Positions 11,040 through 22,568 of a stretch of DNA of 64,000 nucleotides are shown here, one piece after another. Positions within the stretch are counted from its first letter, which is position 1, and the number at the start of each line of letters is the position of its first letter. The translations under genes and the position numbers were made by a program. The notes beneath the pieces are model-generated. The model searched no databases. It was not told where the DNA came from and was given only the letters and a program-made list of their open reading frames with translations. Source of the DNA: Felis catus. Taxonomy: Eukaryota. The stretch covers positions 56,732,001 to 56,796,000 of the forward strand of contig NC_058368.1 in assembly GCF_018350175.1 (NCBI RefSeq), given 5' to 3'.

Positions 11040-12060
11040 TATCCTTCCTAATATGCTGTCTTATACTTCCATAATCACTGAAAGGATTGTGTTGACATTC
11101 ACAAGTATATGTGTGGATTTCTTAATTTCTCCTTTCAGCTGTAACAGATTTTGCTTAATGTACTTTAAAGCTTTGTTATTTGGTGTATATATATTTAGGA
11201 TCATAATGCTGTGCTGATGAATTGATACTTCTATCAACATATGAAGTCCCTCTTTATCCCTAATAATTTTCTTTGGTCTGAAGTCTGTATTATCTGATCA
11301 CATATAGCCATCCCTGCCTTACTTTGTTTTCCAAAGTAATACCCGAATGATGGATCATTTTCTATCCTTTTGCTTTCAGTATAACTGTATCATTGTATTT
11401 GAAATGAGTTTTTGGTAGATGAAATATAGTTGGATCTATATTTAACCATCATATTCAATGTAATTATTAATATGCTAGGACTTAAATCTGTCATTTTATT
11501 AGTTGCTTTCTGTTTGTTTTTTTTCTAGTTCTCAGTTCTGTTTCCCTTTTATTGCCTTACTGTGAGTTACTTGAGTATTTTTGGTAGAACTCTATCTCGA
11601 TTTATTTATAGTATTGAGTATATTGTTTTATATCATTTTCTTACTGGCTCCTTTGGTTATTAAAACAGACAGATAAAACTTATCACAATCCACTGATAGA
11701 AAAATTTTACTTCTGGGGCACCTGGGTGGCTTAGTCAGTTAAGTGTCCCACTCTGGTTTCAGCTCAGGTCATGATTTCATGTTTCATGAGATCGAGCCCC
11801 TTGTCAGGCTCTTTGCCAACAGTCCATAGCCTGCTTGAGATTCTCCCTTTCTCTTTGCCCTTCCTCTGCTCATGCTCTCTCCATCTCTCTCTCAAACAAA
11901 ACAAAACAAAAAAACATTTTACTACTTAGAGTGAAGTGTAGAAATTTTATTTACATTCAGTTACCTTTATTATTCTCACTTTTTTTTTCTTGTAAACAGG
12001 CTATGCTAATCTTCTCTGTGTCATTCCAGTTTTAGTATATGTGCTAACAATGCAAGCACT
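11040..12060 (-). mobile_element. Old LINE-1 (L1M) endonuclease/inter-ORF region
   Basis: gtggatttcttaatttctcctttcagc...aagctttgttatttggtgtatatatatttaggat...gtctgaagtctgtattatctgat is typical of the antisense L1M ORF2 5' part. Confidence 0.8.
11715..11913 (+). mobile_element. Can-SINE (SINEC)
   Basis: ggggcacctgggtggcttagtcagttaag start, CT-rich segment, A tail. Confidence 0.95.
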
Positions 12061-12091
12061 ATTATCCTTACTTTTAAAACAGAATTGCCTT

Positions 12092-12330
12092 GGTGCACCT
12101 GGGTGGCTCAGTTGGTTAAGCATCCGACTCTTGGTTTTTGTCTCAGGTCATGATCTCGTGATTCATAAGTTCGAGCCCTGCATTGGGGTCTGTGCTGACA
12201 GCATGGAGTCTGGTTGGGATTCTCTTTCTCTACCTTTCTCTCTTTGCCTCCCCTGCTCGCTCTCTTTGTCTCTTTCTCTCTCCCTCTCAAAAATAAATAA
12301 ACCTAAAAACTTAAAAAATAAAATAAAATA
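12092..12330 (+). mobile_element. Can-SINE (SINEC)
   Basis: Typical body; TSD aattgcc. Confidence 0.95.
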
Positions 12331-12799
12331 TAATTGCCATAAGTATTTCCTCTCTCTTTATCTGAGGTATTCTTATTTTTTAATGAGTAGTCTTACTATT
12401 AAGGTTTAGTTGAGGGCTGGGTGCATATGCATTTTCAGCAGGAAGCTGGTTCCATTTGACTCCACCTCAGTGCTGACTCAAAATGCCTGGCTGCAAATGG
12501 GTAGAGTGGAATTTCTTTGGTTTCTCCACTTCCCTCCCCAAAATGAGGCACCACAGGCACCAATTCTTTGCCTCCCAATGGATGTAGGGTCAGCTTGCCA
12601 TTGGATCTAATTGACAGCACTGGAGCGGGGAGGACAGGGTAGCTCACACTGCCACCTTGCTGTAGTGTAGGCAGGTAGGCTCAGCTTCCAGATGGGAACA
12701 ACAAAAATGATAGGAGAAGTGAGATGCTGTCTAGCCCCAGCCCACTCTGTCTTGTTCATTTCACTGATATAAAATATAAAATAATAATTTTTGCCAAAA

Positions 12800-13160
12800 A
12801 TTTCAGAGACAATGGTTGGGAACTATAGCTAGTCAACAGTTCTTTGACTTGACACCAAAAGAATGGTGGATAAAAAGAAAATTGACAAGTTGTTTTTCAT
12901 CAAAATTCAAAACTGTTACCTGTAAAAGACCCTGTGTAGAGAATGAAAGCACAAGCTACATACTAAGAGAAAACATTTGCAATCCATATATACAGCAAAG
13001 GATTTCTATCTAAAAATAGATAAATTTTTAAAAATTTATCAGAATGGATAAAGTAAGAAACAGGGATAACACCAAATGCAGGTAAGGATATAGAGAAACT
13101 AGCTGGATCACTCCTTTATTGTTTATGAGAATGTAATATGAAGGCATAACAGTTGGTGAC
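12800..13160 (+). mobile_element. Old LINE-1 (L1MB/MC-like) ORF2 3' fragment
   Basis: gacaccaaaag...catcaaaattcaaaac...gaatgaaagcacaagctacatactaagagaaaacatttgcaatccatatat. Confidence 0.8.
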
Positions 13161-13179
13161 TTCAATAAATAAGAAAAGA

Positions 13180-13850
13180 TAGAGTTGGAAGCGTTCATAT
13201 GATTATGTATTAAAGATCTTCCTCTTAAATGGTCTAGTAAATGAAGAGGAAACAATGAATGAAACAGAGCAGTGAATGAAGTAGCAGAAATACCAGGATA
13301 GTATAAGGTCATAATACAAAAAGTAGAAACTGTCTTAAGAGGGAGGAGTCAAGTTTTAAGTGGTCAGTGTTTATGAGAAATACAATTTAGAAATCATGTG
13401 ATATGAATTGGTTATGTTGTCCTATAAGTTATTAATGTTAACAGAGAAGATTTTTGTTGCATGGCTGAGGGTGGATTCAAGAATCATCAAAAGATGATAA
13501 AATTCAGAAGGCTAATTAACCAACCTTTTTAAAATATATACCTGTGTGAAGGTACATTGTATAGTTAAGGATTGTGGTTAGGATGGAAAATTCAGTAAAG
13601 GAGTTTTTTCTTGTTGTTTTAAATGGCTAGAGCATCCTAATAAAATGTGCAAATGCTTTTGAGAAAGATCAGGGAGAGGAACTGAAAGACACAGAAAATG
13701 GAATATTTCTTTCATTTGAACATGAGGTAAAAGGGAAACATAAGGGAAGGAGAAAAGTTTGGATTTATACATTTAGTCATGGGAAGCAAAGTGATTCCTT
13801 CTCTCAGTGGTTTATATTTTCTAAAATTGGATGGTGAGCTTATGTACAGA
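13180..13850 (-). mobile_element. Probable LINE-2 relic
   Basis: Purine-rich degenerate sequence with antisense L2-like motifs; weak. Confidence 0.4.
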
Positions 13851-14027
13851 GTGAACATGAGGAAAAACAAAGAATCCATGCCTGTGTGGAGAGTGCAGCA
13901 TCTCAGAAACTAACATGACCAGCGCTGTGCTGACGTTTTCTGTAGCTGAGAACAACCTTGAATTTATAGAGGCACTTACAGTTGTCAACAACAGTGAAGT
14001 GTATGAGATTTTACTCTACTTTCTCAC

Positions 14028-14470
14028 TGACAAGGTAGCCTATTGCATTTTCATGGATGACAGTAGAAAACCTGAGAAACTTGAGTTGTAGACAATAGAT
14101 TATTAATCATAGTACATCAATGGTCAGAATATCTGTACTTGGGCCTGTTCTTGTATGTTCCAATTCCACGGGGTGACGCAGATGGGACTGCCTGATGCCT
14201 GCACATGCAGTGGGTTGAATTAAAGGGGAGGAACCATGTATTCTGGGGAGATGACTCTTTTATAATAGGTAATTGGCCTGACCTTTGCCCAGAGGGTGGT
14301 TATCTTTGTTATACTAGAAAACATACAAACCAGCTTGGGTCTCAGACACTGTCTCTTATTTTCCAACACTGTTTGCTATTTAACTATCCTTGTAAAAATA
14401 GTTTGGAATAAAGAGAGTCACTGCCTCCACTCATAGGCATGCAGATACATGAGAGGCATATGCTTGCAAC
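14028..14470 (-). mobile_element. Ancient ERV1-type LTR (MER110-like; family uncertain)
   Basis: ctttgcccagagggtggttatctttgttatact...cactgtctcttattttccaacactgtttgctat...tccttgtaaaaatagtttggaataaag...tcactgcctc resembles an old eutherian ERV1 LTR. Confidence 0.6.
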
Positions 14471-14534
14471 TCAGTCAAATGAACTTCCAATGCTTTTAGT
14501 TTATTCACTGCTCTGTGTGGTCAAAGCTCATTTA

Positions 14535-15117
14535 AATTTACATCTAAAAAGGATGTATTCCTCTGTATGAATTGTAAAATCATAGTTAAAATCTTGGGTG
14601 TGTATATGGTATTTTTTAAAATTTTACCCAATTGTTGCAATCATTTATTTCCTCCTACCCTTTCTGTGCTTTCTCATTCTATTGTCTTTGCTTATGAACT
14701 TTTCGTCTTGGTTGTATGAACTGTGTTGGACAATGGAATTTGAGCACATGTGACCATTGCTAATATGAGTGCATTTAAAAGTTTTTTTCTGATTATTCTT
14801 GCTTAGTCCTTTTCTGTAATGGCATGTCCCACATGGTAAATCCCTTTCAGCCTGGATTATGAAATGAAAATGAGAAGAGACATAAAGGTTAGCCTAGGTA
14901 AGCAAACTGAAGTCAAACCCAATCCATTGGGAACAAATCTAAGCCTCCCATGAGGCTGAGCCAACCCTTACCAGACCCAAGGTCTGGACAACCCATCGGA
15001 GTCAAAGCACTTCCACTATACTCATGAGTTTTACGGGATAAAACAACACAAAACCAAACTGTTTTAAAGCACTGAGATAAGATTGTTGTACAGTATCAAT
15101 TAGTGAAGGTTAATACA
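14535..15117 (+). mobile_element. MLT1 (K/L-like) LTR
   Basis: ttcagcctgg...aatgagaagagacat...gagccaaccc...tgttttaaagcactgagat...taataca end; left boundary uncertain. Confidence 0.6.
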
Positions 15118-15229
15118 GGGCTCATAAACTCATTCAGAAAAAGTGGACAGAAACAAGCTACACTTCAGAGTTATAGTAAGCAAGTTTAAATGTGTATTAG
15201 ATGTCAGTCTGTAATTATGCAGAAAAATA

Positions 15230-15393
15230 TCATTGACAGGAATTATGAAATCTAGGATTTAGTCTCTACCTTCCTATTAGCACACCATGAACTTAAGAAA
15301 GCCAATTATTTTTTAAAATTCAAGTTTTTCACTTGTAATATAAGGGAGTTGGAAAACTGATCTCCATGTTATCTCATTTTAAAATTCTATGAT
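15230..15393 (+). mobile_element. MIR/MIR3
   Basis: ctaggatttagtctctaccttcc...tttttcacttgtaatataagggagttgg...aaattctatgatt. Confidence 0.7.
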
Positions 15394-16374
15394 TGACTTT
15401 ATGCTTCTGCTTATTGAAAAATAGCATATTGAACATAGACTTTATCAAGGACTGTGAAAGTTGGAGAATTTTACCTAATGACAAGATAACAAGGTAGTCT
15501 GTAGGTGGTGGCAGAATGCAAGAGATTTAGGATAGAAATGAGAATAGTTCATTTCTCATGCATCTCTTGGGTGAGATGAAGAGAGGAAACCTAAGCTTAG
15601 AACACCTGATTTTTTTTTTTATAATCAGCAGTTAAATATACTTCTCTGGAGAGAGACTTTATTTTCGTCTTCAAAGGCTTTCACTCTACAAACATCATTG
15701 GAAAACTTGTGCCGAAAAAGGCAGTCAGTGATTCTGTTGACAAGACATGCAAAAATGCAAGAGACTTGTAGAGAATGGTCTTCAAAGAAGCTTTAAAAAG
15801 CTTCTTTGGTATAATGGTATATCATGGTATAATATTATTAGTATGTTAGTACATAGAATAGCTTTTAATTAGTACAAAGTACATGGAATAACTTTCAATA
15901 TAAACTAGTGTCAGAATTTGTATTGTGTAAAATATTATATACTATACTATTGGAAATTTACTTATTTCAGTTTTGCCCATTTTTATGTTTAGTGAGTGCC
16001 TATTAGGCCCTCAGTGTTACAAGGAGCACAAAATGAATATAAGATACGTCCAAATTCTGTTAAGAGGTTTAAAAAAAAGTTCCCTGAATATCCTATTGAT
16101 GAAACTGCAATCAAGTGTCAAACATGTTGCCCAAGTTGGTGCTAAGGAAACACAGTATTTAAAACAAACAAACAAACAAGCAAACAAACAAACAAAAACA
16201 ATGGTTTTGGGTACCTAGGAAGGGTTTCATTACAAAGCAGGGAGAGAAGATAACAATAATGTGACCGGGGTATGCACAGATGTTCTCAGAGCAGCACCTG
16301 AAACTGTTCCAGGCCCTAACACGATATAGGTCAGGAAATCAGTTTAGTACTAGTAAGTGAGGGAGTATTAGTGA

Positions 16375-16550
16375 GTGTTAATAATTAAGTTCCACAGTAA
16401 CCCTTTGAAGTAGGCATTTTAAAGAATTACTGTGATTCCTATTTTTAATTGAGAAAATTGAATTTCAAGATGCAAAATGACTTCTTAAGGATGATACAGC
16501 TGACAAAGTAGAAGCAGGCCTTTAACTTACATTTATCAACTTCTAATCTC
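16375..16550 (-). mobile_element. MIR fragment
   Basis: ccacagtaaccctttgaagtagg...tcctattttt...gagaaaattga...tgacttcttaagg...acagct. Confidence 0.65.
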
Positions 16551-16643
16551 TTTTTCTTTTGAAATGGTCACAATCACTTGTGGTAATGAACAAGAAAAAA
16601 ATTTGAAGTTTGCAGTATTTACAAAATTAAAGTTGTATATTTT

Positions 16644-16837
16644 AGGAGCACCTGGATGGCTCCGTCGGTTAAGCATCTGACTCTTGGTTTGGCTCAGGTC
16701 ATGATCTCACAGTTCTTGAGTTCAAGCCCCATGTTGGGGTCCTTGCTGCTGGTGCGGAGCTTCGCTGTTCTTCCTCTGCTTGCACTCTTTCTCTCTCTCT
16801 CTCTCTCTCTCTCAAAATAAATAAATAACCTTAAAAA
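16644..16837 (+). mobile_element. Can-SINE (SINEC), internally deleted
   Basis: Typical head and (CT)n/A tail; degenerate TSD ttgt(a/g)tatttt. Confidence 0.93.
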
Positions 16838-18457
16838 TTGTGTATTTTATTATATAGAGTTATTTTTATTTAATACATGAGAATTTCACCGAAATAACAA
16901 AAACAGAGAACTGATTTTACAACAGTGAATTAGGAAGATCTGGAGGTGATATTACTATATAGCTAGTTAATTAGTCAGTTACAGGTCCTGCCTATCAGAT
17001 GTGTGCATGTGCGTGTGCACAGATGTGTGTATGTGTGTGTGAGAGAGAGAAAGAGAGAGAGATCGATCTGTATCTTCTTTTGGTTTTCAGTTTGTTACTT
17101 CAGCAATTCAAAATACACAAATTGTTTGGTTTTCTGTCATAGTTGAGGTATTTTACTTGCGTTAACATTTTGACTGGGGTATATTTTATTTCACTGAGGG
17201 AGTAAGTTAATATTAAGTATGTGGATTTGTGATTATTTATTTCATTGAACACATTAAAATATATTGTCACTGAATGAGAAAAAAATGGGAATTTGTTTTT
17301 TCTTAAATGGTTTCAAAGTACTTTATTTTAAAATGTATATTTATGTTTGCATTTCAATTTCAATTTAAATCTCCACAGGATTTTTTTCTTTTTAATTTGA
17401 TATACTACAAAGAGAATTGTGCATATCCTGTAATTCAAGAGCTTTAGATAAAATCTGAGAAAATGGAGCCAGTATTGTTATCAGAACTTAGGTTCTGAAC
17501 TGCAAGAGTAAATACTGTTTTCTTTCTGCCTTCCCTCCTTTTCTCTTCCTTCCTCCCTCTTCTTTCCCATTCTCTTCTCTTTTTTTGTTTTCTCTTTCTT
17601 TCTTTGTTTCTTTAATATAGAATACATATTCTTTCTTTAGTATATACAATCTATAATATATGTTATATGTAACATATAATATATTATATAATATGTATTA
17701 TATAATTTGCATTATATTGTATATTATGTAATATATATTTATTTTTTAATATTGGGTAGGATAGACCAAATGGGGTTTATGCCTCAGTTATATTTATATG
17801 GGATTCATGCCTCAGTTATATTAAACAGATGTTTAAATGGTGTAAAACCTTTAAATGTACCATTTGACTTTGTGAATATATGAATTGCATGCATGGATTC
17901 ATTGATAAAGGCTTTATTGTCATCAGAAAGTTTTGCTTATATAATATCAATGTTCTGATTATTTTGAAGTTATGAGTAGTTGTATGAGTATTATTTAAAT
18001 GTTTTTACACAAAAAAATTCTTAATAATAAATTTGTACCCAATATTATATGTAATATATTTAATGGGTAAATTTTACAACCTGATGCACTTACAGTATAA
18101 ATGTATGTAGTTTAATACTTTTACACAATTCCAGATCTTTTAAAAAATTTGAGTGACAAACTTTATTAGGAGAGTTTTAAAAGCCATAAGATTCAGTTAA
18201 AAGTTACTTATATAATTCATTTTAATAAAATGTTCATTTAACAAACTCTGACAAAAATTATATCATGAAAAAGGGGCTGGCAGGAGAATAGCTTCAGTAG
18301 AAATTTTCACGCTAAGGAAAACATTTCCATATGTTTCATTATAGTTGGGAGGATTTTTATGCTTCCGTAATTTATAAAGGTATGTAGGCATGTGTACCTC
18401 AGCTGCAGTCAGAGTGGCCGTTCTTGTAAACTCTATGCACCTGTAGTGTTTTAAGCA

Positions 18458-18459
<2 letters not shown>

Positions 18460-18496
<37 letters not shown>
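18460..18496. repeat. (TG)n microsatellite
   Basis: Direct reading. Confidence 0.98.
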
Positions 18497-18500
<4 letters not shown>

Positions 18501-19281
18501 ACAGTGTAATTTATAAAATCAGTAATTTAAAAAAATACAATAAAATAACATAAAAAATTACTGTAATAGTGAGAAAATAAACATGTTGATCTAAATAAAA
18601 ACAAGACACCCATGGATTGATAGAAGTCAGCAGAGTAGTATGTAGTTGTTTAATGTGAGGTAAAACAATGGAACAGGCTTACTTCCCAAAGGATTCCCAA
18701 TTCAGGTTGTACACTAACACACATTGAACTTTTCCAGATTGATATAGGTTGGTGAGCTTTTGCTTAAATACTAAATGTGTTGTATTTCTTTTGTATTCTC
18801 TGTTGTAGACAAATTCAGAATTTGATGTGAATAAAAGGAACAGTGGTGGCTGATAACTTGAAAGCTTTAATCTGACCCTAATATTTTAGTAAAGTTAATA
18901 ACTATTATTTTTCATAATAATTATTATTGGGATGATATGGTCATTGGGTAAAAGGGATTGATTGTTGTCACATGATCCCTAAAGTTAAGGTGGACATGGT
19001 TACTGTAATGGATAACTGATTCAAAGGAGTGGAAAAATCCCTCTGACTTGGAGATGTTTGGTATGAGCTATCTGATCATAGTGTCTGAAGAACTGAAATG
19101 CTAGTCTGTTGAAGTTTTATTTGATCTGTGGAAGCAGGAAATCTCTAGGTCTACTGAGAAGGGGGTCTCACTTGAATCATCAAAATAGGGAGTCACATCT
19201 CTCATTTTCCAGGCTTAATTGATAGACCTCAAGCCTCTTGATGAAGGGGAGGCCATGTCCCCTTAAGAAAAGAACCTTCTA

Positions 19282-19503
19282 GGGGCGCCTGGGTGGCACA
19301 GTCGGTTAAGCGTCCAACTTCAGCCAGGTCACGATCTCCCGGTCCGTGGGTTCGAGCCCCGCATCAGGCTCTGGGCTGATGGCTCAGAGCCTGGAGCCTG
19401 TTTCCGATTCTGTGTCTCCCTCTCTCTCTGCCCCTCCCCCGTTCATGCTCTGTCTCTCTCTGTCCCAAAAATAAATAAAAGTTGAAAAAAAAATAAAAAA
19501 AAA
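19282..19503 (+). mobile_element. Young felid SINE (SINEC_Fc type)
   Basis: CpG-rich, near-consensus body; perfect 17-bp TSD aagaaaagaaccttcta (19265-19281, 19504-19520). Confidence 0.98.
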
Positions 19504-19873
19504 AAGAAAAGAACCTTCTACACTGACAGCAATTTATACTATCTTCCTTGCACAACTTTAAAAATGCATATACAGCCATTTCCCAAGGTGGTACCTCACT
19601 TGGCACATTCGGGAAGGGAAAATAATCAGTATATTTCTGGACACGGACTCTGAACTGACACTAATTGTAGAGATCCAAATAGTTACTGCTCCACAAGTCA
19701 GAACAGAACCTTGTGGACATCAGGTGAACAATACAGTTTTCACTCAACTCTCTCATAGGGAATAATTTGGTGTCAGGACCCACTGTTGCAAAATGCCTAC
19801 TTACAATAAGCATGCTTAGCCACTGACAGAATCTGCACAGTCTTCTTCTGGGCAGTGGAATGAAGGCTTGATG

Positions 19874-20008
19874 CAGGGCCAGGAACTAGAGCAAGATAAA
19901 TAAGCAGCCTAGGAAACAATATTTAAGGAGAAATATGCATCATTCTGAGAATGAGTGTTATTTTAAATTTTGTGCACTAAGTTTCTTGCTTGCCTCACTC
20001 TAGTCCCA
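19874..20008. mobile_element. MER96-like palindromic hAT MITE inserted in ERV-L
   Basis: cagggccaggaactag...cctagg...atttaaggag...gagtg...taaattttgtgcactaag...cttgcctcactctagtccc; imperfect palindrome matching the recalled MER96 consensus. Confidence 0.75.
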
Positions 20009-20949
20009 ACAGGAAGGGCTAAATGAAAGCCACAGGAACTACTTCTACTCAGAAAAGAGTTAAAACAGAGTAATATCATTTTCATGGAAGGAATTCAGAG
20101 ATTATTGCCACCATCAAGAATTTGTCAGAGGCAGGAGTGGTGATTCCCATCACATTCTGATTGAACTCACTTATTTTGGCCTTTGCAGAAGACAGCTGGG
20201 CCTTAGAAATGACAGTAGGTTATTGTCAACTTTATCTGGTGGTGATTCCAAGTGAAGTTACTGTTCCAGTTACGTTTCATTGCTGAGGCAAATCAGTGTA
20301 TCTTGTGACATTTGTTTCTTCACCTGGGGCATACCTTTTCTCTATGCCTTTTTTAAAAGACCACCAAAAGCAGTTTACTTTAGCTGGCAAGTCCAGCATT
20401 ATACCTTCACTGTCCTCCTTAGCAATATATCAGTTCTCTAGTTGTAGGTTGTAATTGAGTCCATTTGGAACTTTGAATGTCTTTCCTTCCACAGAATGCC
20501 CCCGTGGTCTATTAGATTTATGATACTAAACTGATTGGAGCTGGTGAGCATGAAGGAGACACTACTCTGTGTATATTGTGTTAACAACTATGTGCCAGAG
20601 GGGGGAAAATAAATACCAGAAAAAATTGATTACATATTAAATTTATATATCTAATAAATCTGTATTTCTTCTAGTGACATTATTGTTGAATTATGTTTCA
20701 CTAATATTTTCCACTTATTTTAAACTTTTAAATGTACTGATAGAAAGTACTTCATAGTATAATGTTATGATCTTTAATCTGTAGAATTACCTTTATATTG
20801 CTCTTCCTGTGTTTAGTTCCTGTGTTTAGTTCAATTTCCATCTTGAGTATATTCAATGTTCATAGTATTCTAGGTGGAAACCTGTATGCATTTTAGCCAT
20901 TCTGACTGTTGTGAGGTGATGGTATCTCATTGTAGTTTTGTAAATCACT

Positions 20950-21780
20950 CTGGTAATATCATTCAGTATATTTTGATTCCATGATACTGTTGAAAAGTTA
21001 AATGTCAGTCTTATTGTTATTCCTTTGTAGGTAATAAATCTTTTTCTCTTGCACTTTTTAGCATTTTATCTTGGCTTTGGTTTTTATTAGTTATATTGCA
21101 GTGTCTGAGTAAGATTTTTCTTTTATTTATCTTATTTGTGGTGGGGTCATAGCACTTCTCTGTATTTGACTTAAGATCGCTCATCAGTTTTGAAAGCTCA
21201 TCAGTTACTTTCTCAAATGCTTTTTGTGCCTTACTCTTTTTATTTACTCTTCTGGGACTCTAGTTAACAGATACTGCATTACTCCATGTTTTATATCTTT
21301 TAAGAATTTCTTCCTCGCTTTACTTTAGTCTGTTGATCTATTTTCCAGTCAACAAGCACTCTCTTCGGTGGTATAAAATATTTTGTTAATTTATTACAAT
21401 CATCTTATTTTTAATTTCTAGGATTTGTAGGATTCTCATTTATCTCTAACTCCCTACTCTCTGGTGAAATTTTCTTCTATTTTCCTGAATATATTTATCA
21501 TAGCTGTCTATGTTAGTCCATAATCTGGAAACTCCTAGATCTGGGTTTTCTATGACTCTGGTTATATTGCCTATATATAACCTATAATTGTAGGTACTGA
21601 TCCCTGGAAATTTTCCATGGATTACCGTATACTTTCCACAAGGAATTATAGAAGTTCTAGATATCTTCCCTGAGGTAAAACTTATCCTATTCTCTAACAG
21701 GCATGTGGAACAGTAGTTAGATATCCTCAATTTGATCAGAGACTGAGCACTTCGTGTGTTTCAATTTTTTTAGGATCGTT
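20950..21780 (-). mobile_element. Old L1M/HAL1 ORF1-region relic
   Basis: ctgttgaaaagttaaatgtcagtcttattgttattcctttgtaggta...tcatcagttttgaaagctc...cttctgggactctagtta is typical of antisense L1M ORF1. Confidence 0.7.
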
Positions 21781-22380
21781 GTTTTTCTGATTAGTCTCCA
21801 CTGATACAATGCAATCCTCTAAGAGACTCAATAGACAATTTATGGTGTTTACCCTTATTATTTAGACGTTTTTGTATTCCAATTCTCTTCTCTAGCAATG
21901 TAAGACTTCCAAACCCCACCCACTGCGTTTCCTTGTAGGTTTCTTAGCTACAACTTCTGGGATGATTATAAGTGCAGAAATGATTGCACATAAAAGAGGC
22001 AAAGAATGGATAGTTCACTTCTCTCTGGCACTTTTTTTTTCTTTTTGTCTCTATAATATTAAGCCATGAAATCCTCGCTGCCTTTGCTGGCTTACAGTCC
22101 ATTTTTTACCCTTTATTATCTCATGAGTCTTCTGGTCTACCTTTCATTTTCTAACCTCTAATAATTTCCCAGTCTGTTAATCTGTAGGTTCCCTAATGCT
22201 TCCACCAAAGGTATTTTGTACTTATCCTTCTTAGATAAATACAAAATCAGAAACATGTCTCATCTGAAGATCATTGTGCTATTCTTTCTTCCTTGCTGAT
22301 ATCATGAAACTGCATCTTTGTATCCTCGTCATTCTGTGATAAAAATGATGTTGAGTTTAAGCAATAAAACTATAACCATA

Positions 22381-22568
22381 GGGGCACCTGGTGGTTCAGT
22401 CGATTGAGTGTCCAACTTTGGTTCAGGTCATGATCTTACTGCTCCTGAGTTTGAGCCCTGTGTTGGGCTCTGTGCGAACAGCTCAGAGTCTGGAGCCTGC
22501 TTCAGATTCTGTGCCTCCCTCTCTCTCTGCCCCTCCCCCATCTCTCAGAATACACATTAAAAAAAAAG
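22381..22568 (+). mobile_element. Can-SINE (SINEC)
   Basis: ggggcacctggtggttcagtcg start; shortened tail; degenerate TSD ending accata. Confidence 0.95.

Larger units (their letters stand above)
18820..20625 (+). mobile_element. Second decayed ERV-L internal fragment (gag 3', protease, RT)
   Basis: ctggacacggactctgaactgacactaatt (19638-19667) reads LDTDSELTLI (ERV-L protease LDTGSELTLI); gagattattgccaccatcaag...gcaggagtggtgattccc reads EIIATIK..AGVVIP; degenerate YIDD region near 20505-20540. Confidence 0.88.

Noticed and set aside
19282..19360. tRNA-like A/B-box heads
   Set aside because: These are the tRNA-derived heads of Can-SINEs, not tRNA genes.
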